The position numbers were made by a program, and so were the translations under genes. The notes under the pieces were generated by a model. That model had not been told where the DNA came from, did not search any database, and saw only the letters and a program-made list of their open reading frames with translations. Source: an uncultured archaeon (GTDB lineage: Archaea; Asgardarchaeota; Thorarchaeia; Thorarchaeales; Thorarchaeaceae). From it: DNA of 64,000 bases. Below are positions 41,227 through 51,108 of this stretch, piece after piece. The DNA lies in NCBI GenBank assembly GCA_964610875.1, contig CAZSWP010000007.1, positions 36,091-100,090 of the forward strand. Reading direction: 5' to 3'. Within the stretch, counting starts at the first letter, position 1. Every line of letters starts with the position of its first letter.

Positions 41227-41976
41227 TTAGAAAACAAATAATGGCATTGTTGGAAAGATAAGAATCCACATTAGAATTGCTGTTGTTAGTGGTATTAGAA
41301 AATTGTCAGTCCAACCGGTACTAAAAAGTTCGGTGCTGACAATTACCAGTGCTATAAGAACAATCTCGGGAAAAACACAGAGAGGACAAACATCTCCCCA
41401 GTAATATGTCAGTGAGATAAGGATAGCTAGAATAGAGAAAATGAATACTCCAATTGAACCTTCTATAGATTTCTTGCGGAATCTCTTATTAGTAATTGTT
41501 CCACCAAACGATCTTCCAAATACTTCTCCTGCTGCATCAGCCCATGCGACTGCAAGGATTGATGCAAGAAATATCGAGGGCTGAACCATGAATATCAAGA
41601 AAGGAATCATAAATGATATCATTCCCATGAATCCAGATGCAAAAGTGTTTAGTCGTGTTTCTTCTTCTCTACTTCCCGCGATCAGTAATTCAGAGATCAA
41701 ATCCGGTTTGTGCGCCCAGGCATATACAAGAATTGTTATGAACACACCAGCAGCGAGTGCAGGCCCACTCAGGTTCGAGTATCTCATTGCAGTGAAACCA
41801 ATGATAGTCCCCATACTGATATGGACAAGTTTTCTCGGTTTCCAGTTGGGGATTCCTTTTGATGCCATTATGTACGCTATCGCTAGGATGATGCCTCCAA
41901 TTATGGCTGTTAGTGATGCCATTATTACGTCTAGAAATGTTAAATCCCCGAACACGAACTCAACCATGACACTCAA
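41227..41976 (-). CDS. CTP-dependent isoprenoid-alcohol/dolichol kinase-like membrane protein (SEC59/DGK1/VTE5 family)
   Basis: RKLVH, WADAAGEVFGR, KKSIEGS, DNFLIP. Confidence 0.82.
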   Translation of the reverse strand: MSVMVEFVFGDLTFLDVIMASLTAIIGGIILAIAYIMASKGIPNWKPRKLVHISMGTIIGFTAMRYSNLSGPALAAGVFITILVYAWAHKPDLISELLIAGSREEETRLNTFASGFMGMISFMIPFLIFMVQPSIFLASILAVAWADAAGEVFGRSFGGTITNKRFRKKSIEGSIGVFIFSILAILISLTYYWGDVCPLCVFPEIVLIALVIVSTELFSTGWTDNFLIPLTTAILMWILIFPTMPLFVF

Positions 41977-42040
41977 CCTCTAAGATTTCGGCATTACATT
42001 TGTTTCTATCTATGCGGTGTATCCAAATTCTTGTTTTGAT

Positions 42041-42190
42041 AAAAAAGGGAATCCACGAAGGTCCAATTATTGTTGGTTGGATTCAAGTACTGATTATCTA
42101 TGGTGGGACCTTCGTGAGGTTCTTAGTTCCAACAAAAGTTGAGTCCATCGGAACCAGCCGGGGGGTGCTAGTTTTGTTGAACCAAGCTAA
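42041..42190. other. cluster of inverted repeats, candidate structured RNA
   Basis: Perfect 11-bp CACGAAGGTCC(42054-42064)/GGACCTTCGTG(42106-42116); second stem 42125-42155; adjacent A6/T6 tract. Confidence 0.35.
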
Positions 42191-42366
42191 ACCTATCTAT
42201 TACTGTTGAAACACTTCTATTAACACGTCTGCTTATGATGTAATGACAGCAGTTGCATGCATATGTTTCATATTTTTAGAATGCTTTCAAATGCTACATA
42301 TCCATTCATTCTATTAATAAAAAGTTCTCAGCCGCAAGTGTCAGATTTGAGGATACTGAAAAAACA

Positions 42367-43947
42367 ATGCAGGAACGCTTAACTCAACAGAGTATTGAAC
42401 ACGCGTTGTTTATTGTCTATGGATTGATTATCCTTTACATCGCATGGGCAGTGATATTTGGGTTTCCATTGGAGAAATTGAATCCACACACCTTCACAGC
42501 ATATCTTTCCATTTCAATAACAATGCTAACTGCATTTAGTGTAATAGTATGCACATATTCATTCATCTTCTTCCTGCAAGAAGGACAATATGCTGATCTT
42601 ATACTTTCTATGGCAATTTTGAATCTAAGTATTGATGCGTTTTTATCAATGATCACACACGTAAACTCTCCATTTGTTAGATTTGTAGAAGTATCAGTGA
42701 TTAAGAGTGACACCATCCTGTTTATTGGAGCAGGTCTCTTAACTGTGGCGCTTTTTCTCGGTACAATTTTGGATGAAAAGCAACTTTCAACAAGAGTAAA
42801 TCGATTAACATTACTCATTTTTGGTGCTTTCTTTCCTCTACTTACTATCGTTGTAACATTGAGTGAATACCAAGTTGTTATGCTTAGTTTTAGCCAGGGT
42901 GTTCTAGTTAGTTTAAGCTATATCATTTCAGCAGGGTTGGCAGGTTTGCTAATTGTATCAATAATTTGTGCCCTCGTTAGATGGAAAGACAGGAAAACCA
43001 TAATGCAGACTGCACGCTTGCTTTCTTCTTCTCTGATTCTATCCTTTCTATTTCTAAGAACTTTTCAAACCTCGGTATATCAATCAATAGAACTGCTATC
43101 AATTAACTCTGCAGTGGCTGGGGTGGCATTATTCGCATTAGTCTTGATAGCTATTTCTATCGTTGAACCTCATCGTGCACTTACTGAAATGGTTGAGAAT
43201 CGCACAAAGGAACTTGAGATGTCAAAAAGGGAAATCGAATTCTATCTCTTCATGTGGGGCCATGATGTTGGCAACACATTACAGGGAATTGCCACCTATC
43301 TTGAACTCCTTCCAAGGATGGTTGCATTTGATGATCCCACAACACATATGCATCGAACTGCAACGGAACTTACTGACAAGGCGACTGATATTGTCCGTTT
43401 AGTGAATCAACTTACTCAAATAAAAGCGAAAGAGAGGTCAGAGTTCAAAGAGATTGATATGAATAGGATTGTTGGTAACGCATTTGATGTAGTCGCATCA
43501 AAAGCTGATGTTTCTCATATGGAACTGAAATTTGAACCTCTTGGTTCTCAAATTTTTGTATTCGCTGATGAACTACTTCATCAGGCAATTACAAATTTGA
43601 TTTACAATCGTTGCGAATTCAATAAATCTGAAGAACCATTTGTAAGTGTCCATGTTAACTTGGTGGATGCAATAGCAACTGTTACCGTTGTTGATAATGG
43701 CCCACCATTGCCTTCAGATGTAAGAGCCTCTCTCTTTGGTGAATTTGTTCCGAGTACAACAAGTATGGGATTACGCCTTTTCATTGTAAAGCAATTGGTC
43801 ACTCGGTATGGTGGGCTCATGAGTTACTTCCGTGATGAAAGAACTGGTGAGAACACATTTTCTGTGGCCTTTCAGAGAATCAAGTTTTCTAACATAGATG
43901 AAACTCCAATAGTTAAAGCTAGTACAATTGAACGAAATGGTGGATAA
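42367..43947 (+). CDS. membrane-bound histidine kinase-like protein with degenerate ATPase boxes
   Basis: About 8 TM; WGHDVGN, NLIYNR, DNGPPL, SMGLRL; paralog of 7313-8815. Confidence 0.82.
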   Translation: MQERLTQQSIEHALFIVYGLIILYIAWAVIFGFPLEKLNPHTFTAYLSISITMLTAFSVIVCTYSFIFFLQEGQYADLILSMAILNLSIDAFLSMITHVNSPFVRFVEVSVIKSDTILFIGAGLLTVALFLGTILDEKQLSTRVNRLTLLIFGAFFPLLTIVVTLSEYQVVMLSFSQGVLVSLSYIISAGLAGLLIVSIICALVRWKDRKTIMQTARLLSSSLILSFLFLRTFQTSVYQSIELLSINSAVAGVALFALVLIAISIVEPHRALTEMVENRTKELEMSKREIEFYLFMWGHDVGNTLQGIATYLELLPRMVAFDDPTTHMHRTATELTDKATDIVRLVNQLTQIKAKERSEFKEIDMNRIVGNAFDVVASKADVSHMELKFEPLGSQIFVFADELLHQAITNLIYNRCEFNKSEEPFVSVHVNLVDAIATVTVVDNGPPLPSDVRASLFGEFVPSTTSMGLRLFIVKQLVTRYGGLMSYFRDERTGENTFSVAFQRIKFSNIDETPIVKASTIERNGG

Positions 43948-45919
43948 AGTGAAAGGATCTGGGACAATAACAAAATACTTTCCCTTCATCGAGCAAGATG
44001 ATCAAAATGTGATGATGTCAATTCTTGATACATCTAAGAGTTATGGTGAGTTTGTGGAACGTCTTTGTCAACTTGTTGTTGAAAGAGAAACATCGATAAT
44101 GCTAGCATATATGGCGGCGAATCATGCTGTTAGACTCAGAAATTATCATCTCATAGATTTACTTGCGGATAAACATGCACATGCAGACAAGATACGTCCA
44201 CTCATTCTTTTTGCTAGAGCATTGAGAGGAGAGAGTAAAGCTCAGAATGATTTTCTAGAATCTACCAATCTTGTGCTTTCCACATACCCTGAGAACTGGT
44301 TGACCATGGATATGCTTGATTTGAAAGCATCATTCTATCGACTCGTTTCTGTTACGAGTTATGAGGATATGCTTGAAATTACTAAGCAAGCTGAACAGCT
44401 ACTTGAAGAAGATGAGGATCTTTGCTGTCTTAGTTCCTTCGTTTATACTGCTAAAGGTTGGGCTCTCCACAATACAGGCAAAACCGAGAATGTTGTTGAA
44501 TTCTATGGTAAGACACTGGTTATTGCAAGAAAATGTGATGATCTTCTCACCACTGCAGAGGCATTATTTGGTCTAAGAAGTGCACTAGCTGGATATGATA
44601 TTAGACGAGAGCTATCAATTCTGGAGGAGGTTCAGGAGATATACCAGAAAATGGATCATCGTATCGGTGAATCATTTGTTTTAGACCATCTTGCAGAAGT
44701 CTATGCTTATCTTGGTGAATTTGACAAAGCACGCGATTCCTATCTTGAGAGTATTGCAATCAAGGAATCTGTTGGGCTTGAACATCCAGAAGTCCTCTCA
44801 AGCATGTCAAGACTTTATGCAAGTGTTGGAGATGCTGATAACGCACTTGAATACTCGCGAAAAGCTGTTTCATCATCCCGAAGAATGCGCGCAGAACACC
44901 CTCAAGTGTACTTTGATTCAGCTAGAGCACTAATGTTGAAAGCAAAATACGAAGAAGCTTTTGAATTCTTAGAAACTGGTGGTGAAATCACATTCAGAAT
45001 TAGCTCTGAATTCCAGCTAGGATCATACTATTTTCATAGGGGACTTCTCTATAGGGACCTTGAGGATTATGACTTTGCAATCCTGAGCTTCCGCAGAGCT
45101 CTGTTAATCAGTGAAAGAAATAGTGATTTCAATACTATTGTGAAATCTCTCGTTCGTATAGCTGAAGCTAATATCAACCAATTTTCAAAGGATGGAAATC
45201 AAAATCATTTATCGGACGCTGAGTTGGCTTTAGCACGTGTTGAACAAATAGCTAGAGAACAGAATTTCCAATCTCTGCTTGTTGAGATTGCGTTGCTAAA
45301 ATCAGAGATTGAGATTGCTTATGATGAGATTGATGTTGCGAAACAACTCCTTTCCCAAGCTTTGGGTCTGTGCAACAGCGCTGATTTATCTAGCATGAAG
45401 GAACGTGTTGAAACCCGACTCTCTCAACTAGGTGTTGATGAAGGGCTTGATACAATAGCTCAGAGATTTAAGGGTCCCGCGAGACGAATAACAATTCCAT
45501 CCGGCTTATCTAAAGAAATACCGTTCAGTATTATGGGATGTTTGGTGATACATACACAATCTGGTTTGGATGTTTTTTCAAAGATTGTTGATGAACGTCT
45601 CTCCGGAGATACTGCTCTCATTTCTGGAGTTATCTCCGCAGTATCAACTTTCACAAGTGAACTTACAAGAGACTCTAGGGGCAATCTACAATCTATAGTA
45701 CACCAAGATATTGCAGTCATTCTAGAACCTGGTGAGAATCTTACATTTGCACTACTCGTAGATCAAGATACTTACGAAGCAAGAGCATTGCTTCGTCGTT
45801 TCATGGAGGATTTTGAGATTAGTTATGGTGTTGATTTTGAAGATTGGACAGGCGCTAGTATTGAATTGAAGGGCTCTGAAGAGATGTTTAATAGAATTCT
45901 AGTAAAACGAAAATACTGA
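43937..45919 (+). CDS. TPR-repeat protein with C-terminal longin-like domain
   Basis: TPR helices (LAEVYAYLGEFDKARDSY); C-terminal LVIHTQSGLDVF...LISGVISAVSTFTSEL...FALLV; start ATG 43937 or TTG 43928. Confidence 0.8.
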   Translation: MVDKVKGSGTITKYFPFIEQDDQNVMMSILDTSKSYGEFVERLCQLVVERETSIMLAYMAANHAVRLRNYHLIDLLADKHAHADKIRPLILFARALRGESKAQNDFLESTNLVLSTYPENWLTMDMLDLKASFYRLVSVTSYEDMLEITKQAEQLLEEDEDLCCLSSFVYTAKGWALHNTGKTENVVEFYGKTLVIARKCDDLLTTAEALFGLRSALAGYDIRRELSILEEVQEIYQKMDHRIGESFVLDHLAEVYAYLGEFDKARDSYLESIAIKESVGLEHPEVLSSMSRLYASVGDADNALEYSRKAVSSSRRMRAEHPQVYFDSARALMLKAKYEEAFEFLETGGEITFRISSEFQLGSYYFHRGLLYRDLEDYDFAILSFRRALLISERNSDFNTIVKSLVRIAEANINQFSKDGNQNHLSDAELALARVEQIAREQNFQSLLVEIALLKSEIEIAYDEIDVAKQLLSQALGLCNSADLSSMKERVETRLSQLGVDEGLDTIAQRFKGPARRITIPSGLSKEIPFSIMGCLVIHTQSGLDVFSKIVDERLSGDTALISGVISAVSTFTSELTRDSRGNLQSIVHQDIAVILEPGENLTFALLVDQDTYEARALLRRFMEDFEISYGVDFEDWTGASIELKGSEEMFNRILVKRKY

Positions 45920-46018
45920 CACCTAATCTCCCATACATCCCATGGCCTGTGAGAAAACCCTGAAACCACTATTGCTGTCTTTGCGATATTGGGCAAAAGC
46001 TGAAAATTTCCAAGATAA

Positions 46019-46024
46019 TTTATA
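46019..46024 (+). promoter_or_regulatory. TATA box of a probably leaderless thiolase transcript
   Basis: TTTATA ending 24 nt before ATG 46049; no Shine-Dalgarno sequence. Confidence 0.45.
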
Positions 46025-46048
46025 GCGGCTTTACTATCCAATGGCATT

Positions 46049-47263
46049 ATGAAAGAGATAGTTGCAGTATCACTAGTCAGAAGTCCCATTGGAACATTTG
46101 GTGGTTCATTGAAACATCTTCAGGCACCAGAACTTGCAGCTCAAGTCATGAAAGCTGCAATAGAACGTGCTGGAGTAGATCCGGCACTCATTGGTGATGT
46201 TCGTTTTGGTAATTGTCTGGAACCTCCTAAAGCCCTCAATGTGGCACGAGTATCTATGTTACTTGCAGGAATCCCTTGGAGGGTGCCTGCTGTTACGATA
46301 AACAGAGTCTGTACATCTGCTATGGAATCCATAATCAGTGGTGCACTCCAGATTGAAACTGGCTTCACTGATGTAGTTCTTGCTGGTGGTGTTGAATCAA
46401 TGTCCAATGTCCCTTATTGTAACGAGGATGCAAGATGGGGGCTGAGACTGTTTGATAGTAAGCTCACTGACATGCTAACAACAGGACTTCATGCAGGAAG
46501 CCATTTCTATCCGCATCCTGAAACTGGTAAGCATTACATAATGGGCGAAACCGCAGAGTTCTTGGTTGACAAACATGGTTTCACTAGAGAGGAACAAGAC
46601 GAGGTGGCATTACGTTCGCATAACAACGCTGAACGCGCAACAAATGAAGGTGACTTCAAAGAAGAGATAATTCCTATCGTGGTTCCAGGAAGAAAAGGTG
46701 AGTCTATTACTGTTGAAAAAGATGAACATTTCCGCCCAGGTCTTACAATGGATGCACTATCAAAACTTAGACCTGCATTCAAAAAGGATGGAACTGTTAC
46801 AGCTGGAAACTCAAGTGGTATCAATGATGGGGCTGCGGCAATGCTCATTATGTCCAGAAAGAAAGCAGACGAGCTTGGAATAAAACCAATAGCGAAATTG
46901 ATTGGTTATGGTATGGCTTGTAGTGAACCTCATCTCATGGGCGAATCTCCTATCCCTGCAGTGAAACAGTTGATAGAGAGAACCGGTGAGTCTTTTAAAG
47001 ATTGGGACCTAGTGGAGTTGAATGAAGCTTTTGCCAGCCAATATCTTGCAGTGGAAAAGGGACTGAAATCTTTAGGATTTGAACGTGATCGGACAAATGT
47101 GAATGGGTCTGGAATTGGGTTGGGTCATCCTGTTGGCGCAACTGGTGCGAGGATAGTAGTGACCTTACTCCATGCTCTCAAGAAAAGAGGTTTCAAGAAA
47201 GGCATGGCAACACTCTGTGGTGGTGGTGGAGTAAGTACTGCTTCATCTTGGGAGCTTATCTAG
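46049..47263 (+). CDS. acetyl-CoA C-acetyltransferase (thiolase)
   Basis: NRVCTS, GGVESMS, NEAF, GHPVGATG, LCGGGG. Confidence 0.96.
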   Translation: MKEIVAVSLVRSPIGTFGGSLKHLQAPELAAQVMKAAIERAGVDPALIGDVRFGNCLEPPKALNVARVSMLLAGIPWRVPAVTINRVCTSAMESIISGALQIETGFTDVVLAGGVESMSNVPYCNEDARWGLRLFDSKLTDMLTTGLHAGSHFYPHPETGKHYIMGETAEFLVDKHGFTREEQDEVALRSHNNAERATNEGDFKEEIIPIVVPGRKGESITVEKDEHFRPGLTMDALSKLRPAFKKDGTVTAGNSSGINDGAAAMLIMSRKKADELGIKPIAKLIGYGMACSEPHLMGESPIPAVKQLIERTGESFKDWDLVELNEAFASQYLAVEKGLKSLGFERDRTNVNGSGIGLGHPVGATGARIVVTLLHALKKRGFKKGMATLCGGGGVSTASSWELI

Positions 47264-47597
47264 TTGTAAGTAGGACTCAATCCTCTGCCAGATTCATCAA
47301 TCAAATCATTCTAATTTGGGGATGTCCTTCTGACATTTTGATAGAAGCGGATGGGTCTTCTGCATATTGAATCCTTTCTATTATATAGTATTACATTTTA
47401 TTTGGACTCTTCAATTGAACATAACTCCTTTTTTTCATCTTATCATTTTGAGAAATGCAATATGCAACCCTCTCACAAAAAGAGTGTCCTCATATTGAGT
47501 ATCATCCATTAACACGTATGCTTGATTCTAGAATAATAATTGAGAAGAGTAATAAACTTAGAAATCTATTATTTTTTGAGGATCAATTTGATAGGTT

Positions 47598-49805
47598 TTG
47601 CAGTACGTGACAGACTATAATGGAGTGTCAGAAACATCCAATCATATCTTATCACAAGAGCGTATAGTTAAATCGCTATTTGACATTCTTTTCAAAAATG
47701 TACCTGTTGGAGTTTTAGTCTGTGCTCGCAATGGGAAAATTGAACTAATCAATGAGTTTGGTGTGAAACTTCTTGGTTCACCATCTGAAGAAGCAACAAG
47801 AGCAATCAATCTTTTGTCATTTCAACCTTTAAAGCAAGCTGGCTTGTCGAAAGATCTCATAACTTGCATTGAACGGAATGTGACTATCAGTAATGAGATG
47901 AGATATGTCACAAAATGGGGGAAAGAAACTTTCTTCAAATACCAACTAATTCCTTTCTCATTACCGTCAGGTAATGGATTGAATGTATTAGGAATATTTT
48001 ATGACATTCGACCTGAAATCGAATCAGAAATGAAACTTATTCTATACCGTGAGATAGTAATGTCTTCTAAGGATGCTGTAGGGATTATTAACTTGGATGG
48101 ATTTTATGTCGAGCAAAATAAGGCTCACGAAGAGTTGATTGGATACTCAATTGGAGAGCTAAAAAAGCATACACCTTCTATTCACTTAGGCAAAGATACC
48201 TTCAATGAAATTCTAGATTTACTCCAAAAGAATGGTTACTATTATGGTGAGGTCGAATCTATTACAAAGGAAGGGAACAAATTAATTATTGACATGTCTG
48301 CGACTGTTATAAAAGATTATGATGGGAAACCTGAGTTCTATGTGGCCATTAAAAGAGATGTAACAGAAAAACGGATGATTGAAAGACAACTCAAAAAGAG
48401 CAAATCAATACTTGCAGAAGCTCAACGTATAGCTCGCATTGGCAGTTGGGAATGGGATATTGTTTCTAATAAAGAAGAGTGGTCTGATGAGGTTTACAGG
48501 CTCTTTGGTCTAACCAAAGACGAATCACCTAAAACCTATAGAACATTCCTGAAATGTGTACATCCTGATGATAGAAACGCGGTAGAAATTGCTGTTCAAG
48601 AAGCTCTTAACGGCAACGATTACAGCCTAGATCATAGAATTCTCCGACCAGACGGAAAAGTGATCTTTGTTCATGAGGAGGGTGAAGTCTTCTTTGATGA
48701 TACAGGTCAACCTGTACGAATGATTGGAACGGTTCATGACATTACAGATAGAACACTTGCAGAAGAAGCACTATATGAGAGTCAAGAACGTTATCGACTA
48801 ACATTCGAACACGCCTCAGATGTTATCTTATCTATTGATAGCGATATGGTAATTGAAACGATTTCTCCCTCCGTGAAAACTCTTTTGGGTTATTCTCCAG
48901 AAGAAATAACTGGCAATGATTTCAACGATTTGGACGTAATAGCTCCGGAATATATAAAACAAGCAAGAGAAGATTTCGTGAAACTCTTCAGTGGTGCTAC
49001 GGTTCCAACGATCACTTACGAGTTCCTGAAAAAAGATGGACAACGAATCTTTGGTGCAATCAATTCATCACTGGTGGTCAGTGATGGAAAGAAGAAAGGT
49101 ATTCTTGTCATTCGAAACGTTACAGAGAGCATTCTCAGTAGGAAAACGGCAGAATCTGCAAAGGAAACTGCTCTCCTATACTTGGACATTCTGAGTCATG
49201 ACATTAGTAACCAATTACAAGCAATTATGAATGGATTAGCCCTTTTACAACTTGACATCGAAAATCCTGTCGAATTGGAGAAAATTAAGATAATAACACA
49301 AGCTGCAGAAAACTGTTCTCAGATTGTTAGTAAGGTGCGTGTGACAAGGGATTTGATGACAGAACCTCTTTCGTCACAGGACCTCATATCCTCTCTTGAA
49401 GATTCTATTGATAGATATAGAAATACTTTCTTAGATGTGAATATTTTCTTTAAGAATGAAGTTTCTAGTGCTCTTATAATGGCTGACAGATACCTTACTG
49501 TCATGATTGATACTTTACTTGATAATGCAATAAAACACAATCCTAGAAGTGATAGATTTGTCTGGATTGTCTTAGAGGAATTAAACGATTTTTACACGCT
49601 TTCAATTTCTGATAATGGGACTGGTCTGACTGATAAGGAAAAAACAGAACTGTTTACCTTATCTAGACGCTTCGGAGGTGTGGGGTTACATCAAACCAAA
49701 CAGATTGCAACCAAATACAATGGTGGTATATCCGTTCATGATAGAATTCCAGGAAAACCTCATGAAGGTACATGTTTTATGGTTATATTGCCAAAGATGA
49801 ACTGA
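47598..49805 (+). CDS. PAS-domain histidine kinase (about 4 PAS)
   Basis: LSHDISN, DNAIKHN, DNGTGL, RRFGGVGLHQ. Confidence 0.92.
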   Translation: MQYVTDYNGVSETSNHILSQERIVKSLFDILFKNVPVGVLVCARNGKIELINEFGVKLLGSPSEEATRAINLLSFQPLKQAGLSKDLITCIERNVTISNEMRYVTKWGKETFFKYQLIPFSLPSGNGLNVLGIFYDIRPEIESEMKLILYREIVMSSKDAVGIINLDGFYVEQNKAHEELIGYSIGELKKHTPSIHLGKDTFNEILDLLQKNGYYYGEVESITKEGNKLIIDMSATVIKDYDGKPEFYVAIKRDVTEKRMIERQLKKSKSILAEAQRIARIGSWEWDIVSNKEEWSDEVYRLFGLTKDESPKTYRTFLKCVHPDDRNAVEIAVQEALNGNDYSLDHRILRPDGKVIFVHEEGEVFFDDTGQPVRMIGTVHDITDRTLAEEALYESQERYRLTFEHASDVILSIDSDMVIETISPSVKTLLGYSPEEITGNDFNDLDVIAPEYIKQAREDFVKLFSGATVPTITYEFLKKDGQRIFGAINSSLVVSDGKKKGILVIRNVTESILSRKTAESAKETALLYLDILSHDISNQLQAIMNGLALLQLDIENPVELEKIKIITQAAENCSQIVSKVRVTRDLMTEPLSSQDLISSLEDSIDRYRNTFLDVNIFFKNEVSSALIMADRYLTVMIDTLLDNAIKHNPRSDRFVWIVLEELNDFYTLSISDNGTGLTDKEKTELFTLSRRFGGVGLHQTKQIATKYNGGISVHDRIPGKPHEGTCFMVILPKMN

Positions 49806-49948
49806 CTGTTTTCACATTTTAATTCCCAATGGCTTCAAGTTCAAGAAATACAGATGATAGTTACTATACCTGAGAATGAACTTTGCACTTGTAGAAGAGA
49901 ATGAATATCTCTATAAAATTGTCAGTGAGGTGTGTTTTATGGCCAATC

Positions 49949-50400
49949 TCATTTTTGACATTCGGAACAGAAATATGTGGGGTTTCCTGCATATTGTATA
50001 CTCTCGATCTTCGTTCCTAATTTCACACAAGGACCATCTTGATGATGTCTACCAACATACGTTTTATGTTTTCCACTAAAACCATAGAGACCTAGGAATT
50101 CCTCTTTTCTGCCATTCTGTATACGATCATGAACCAGTTTCTTTATTGCTGAGAATAATGCTTTTCTCTCTTTAGTATCAAGTTCCGCAGTTTTTCGCTT
50201 AGGATGAAGCCCGGCTAGAAGTGCTATCTCTTGATATCCTGCATTTCCAAGAATATTTAGTTGCTGTTTTCAGGGTTGAAGAAACCTGATTTTCTTAGCT
50301 TCTCATAATTCCGTATTTCATGTCTTGCTATCTTCTTTTCTAGGAGAACATTTCTAAGTTACTCTGATAGGATTGTAATCTCCGGTAACTCAACACTCAT
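49949..50400 (-). pseudogene. Fpg/Nei-family DNA glycosylase remnant
   Basis: Hand translation MSVELPEITILSE*LRNVLLEKKI..., then in another frame LGNAGYQEIALLAGLHPKRK...GPCVKLGTKIE...TYFCSECQK*; stop codon, central deletion and a lost Zn-finger Cys. Confidence 0.82.
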
Positions 50401-50433
50401 GCTTTAACCACACTCGATAATTGCCAATAATCC

Positions 50434-50463
50434 CCAGTTAGTAGAATGCCAGTTAGTAGAATG
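50434..50463. repeat. 15-bp tandem duplication
   Basis: CCAGTTAGTAGAATG x2. Confidence 0.8.
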
Positions 50464-50613
50464 TTTCGAAAAATGTTGTTCAATATGGATAAAAATAAAG
50501 ACTAAGAGTATAGAGTTCTCTTAGTCCAACTAGTAATCTACCAATTGTCTAGTTTGATTCTGCTAATGTGATTGCATGAGGGAATCATACATCAATGTCA
50601 AGAAGTCGAAATT

Positions 50614-51024
50614 CTATTTTAATATCTCGAAGGATTTCTTGTGAATGTCTTCTGGAGTGACCAAAGTCACGAATTCTTTCGCATCTTCCAGAATTTCTTT
50701 TGCTTTTTCTTCAGAACCTTTGGGTATCACGACGATTACTGGGATGTTGTACGCTTTCGCTGGGTATAGAAGATCAAATGGTTTCATTCCGCGATGTTTA
50801 TCAATGCTCATTACTTCGGACTTGTCTTCTTTCGGGTATTGTCTAGGTGGTAATAGTTTGTGAAGGTATGCAATTACTAGGTCAACATCGCCAGGTTCCA
50901 AATGAGATGCTATCTTTCCATGTCCATCCCATTCATTTGCAAGTGGCATTGTACAATATCCTTTCGCTGCAAATTCGGCTAATAGAAGGGGGTCTGTCCC
51001 TTCAAAATATCCTATTGTTGTCAT
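50614..51024 (-). CDS. hypothetical alpha/beta protein, possibly receiver-like fold
   Basis: 136-aa ORF; DVDLVIAY and NIPVIVV strands. Confidence 0.65.
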   Translation of the reverse strand: MTTIGYFEGTDPLLLAEFAAKGYCTMPLANEWDGHGKIASHLEPGDVDLVIAYLHKLLPPRQYPKEDKSEVMSIDKHRGMKPFDLLYPAKAYNIPVIVVIPKGSEEKAKEILEDAKEFVTLVTPEDIHKKSFEILK

Positions 51025-51108
51025 CTCTCATCAACTATATAGTAAGCACCATTCTTTATGAATACTTTGATATAGTTAAGAAAGCATTTGCACAAAGAAA
51101 AGCCGGTC

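Noticed and set aside
42000-42209. 69-aa ORF on the + strand
   Set aside because: TTG start, no motifs, and it coincides with the inverted-repeat cluster
49806-50613. Long gap as an insertion sequence, and the 67-aa ORF at 49876
   Set aside because: No transposase or terminal repeats; the gap is explained by the Fpg/Nei remnant on the - strand
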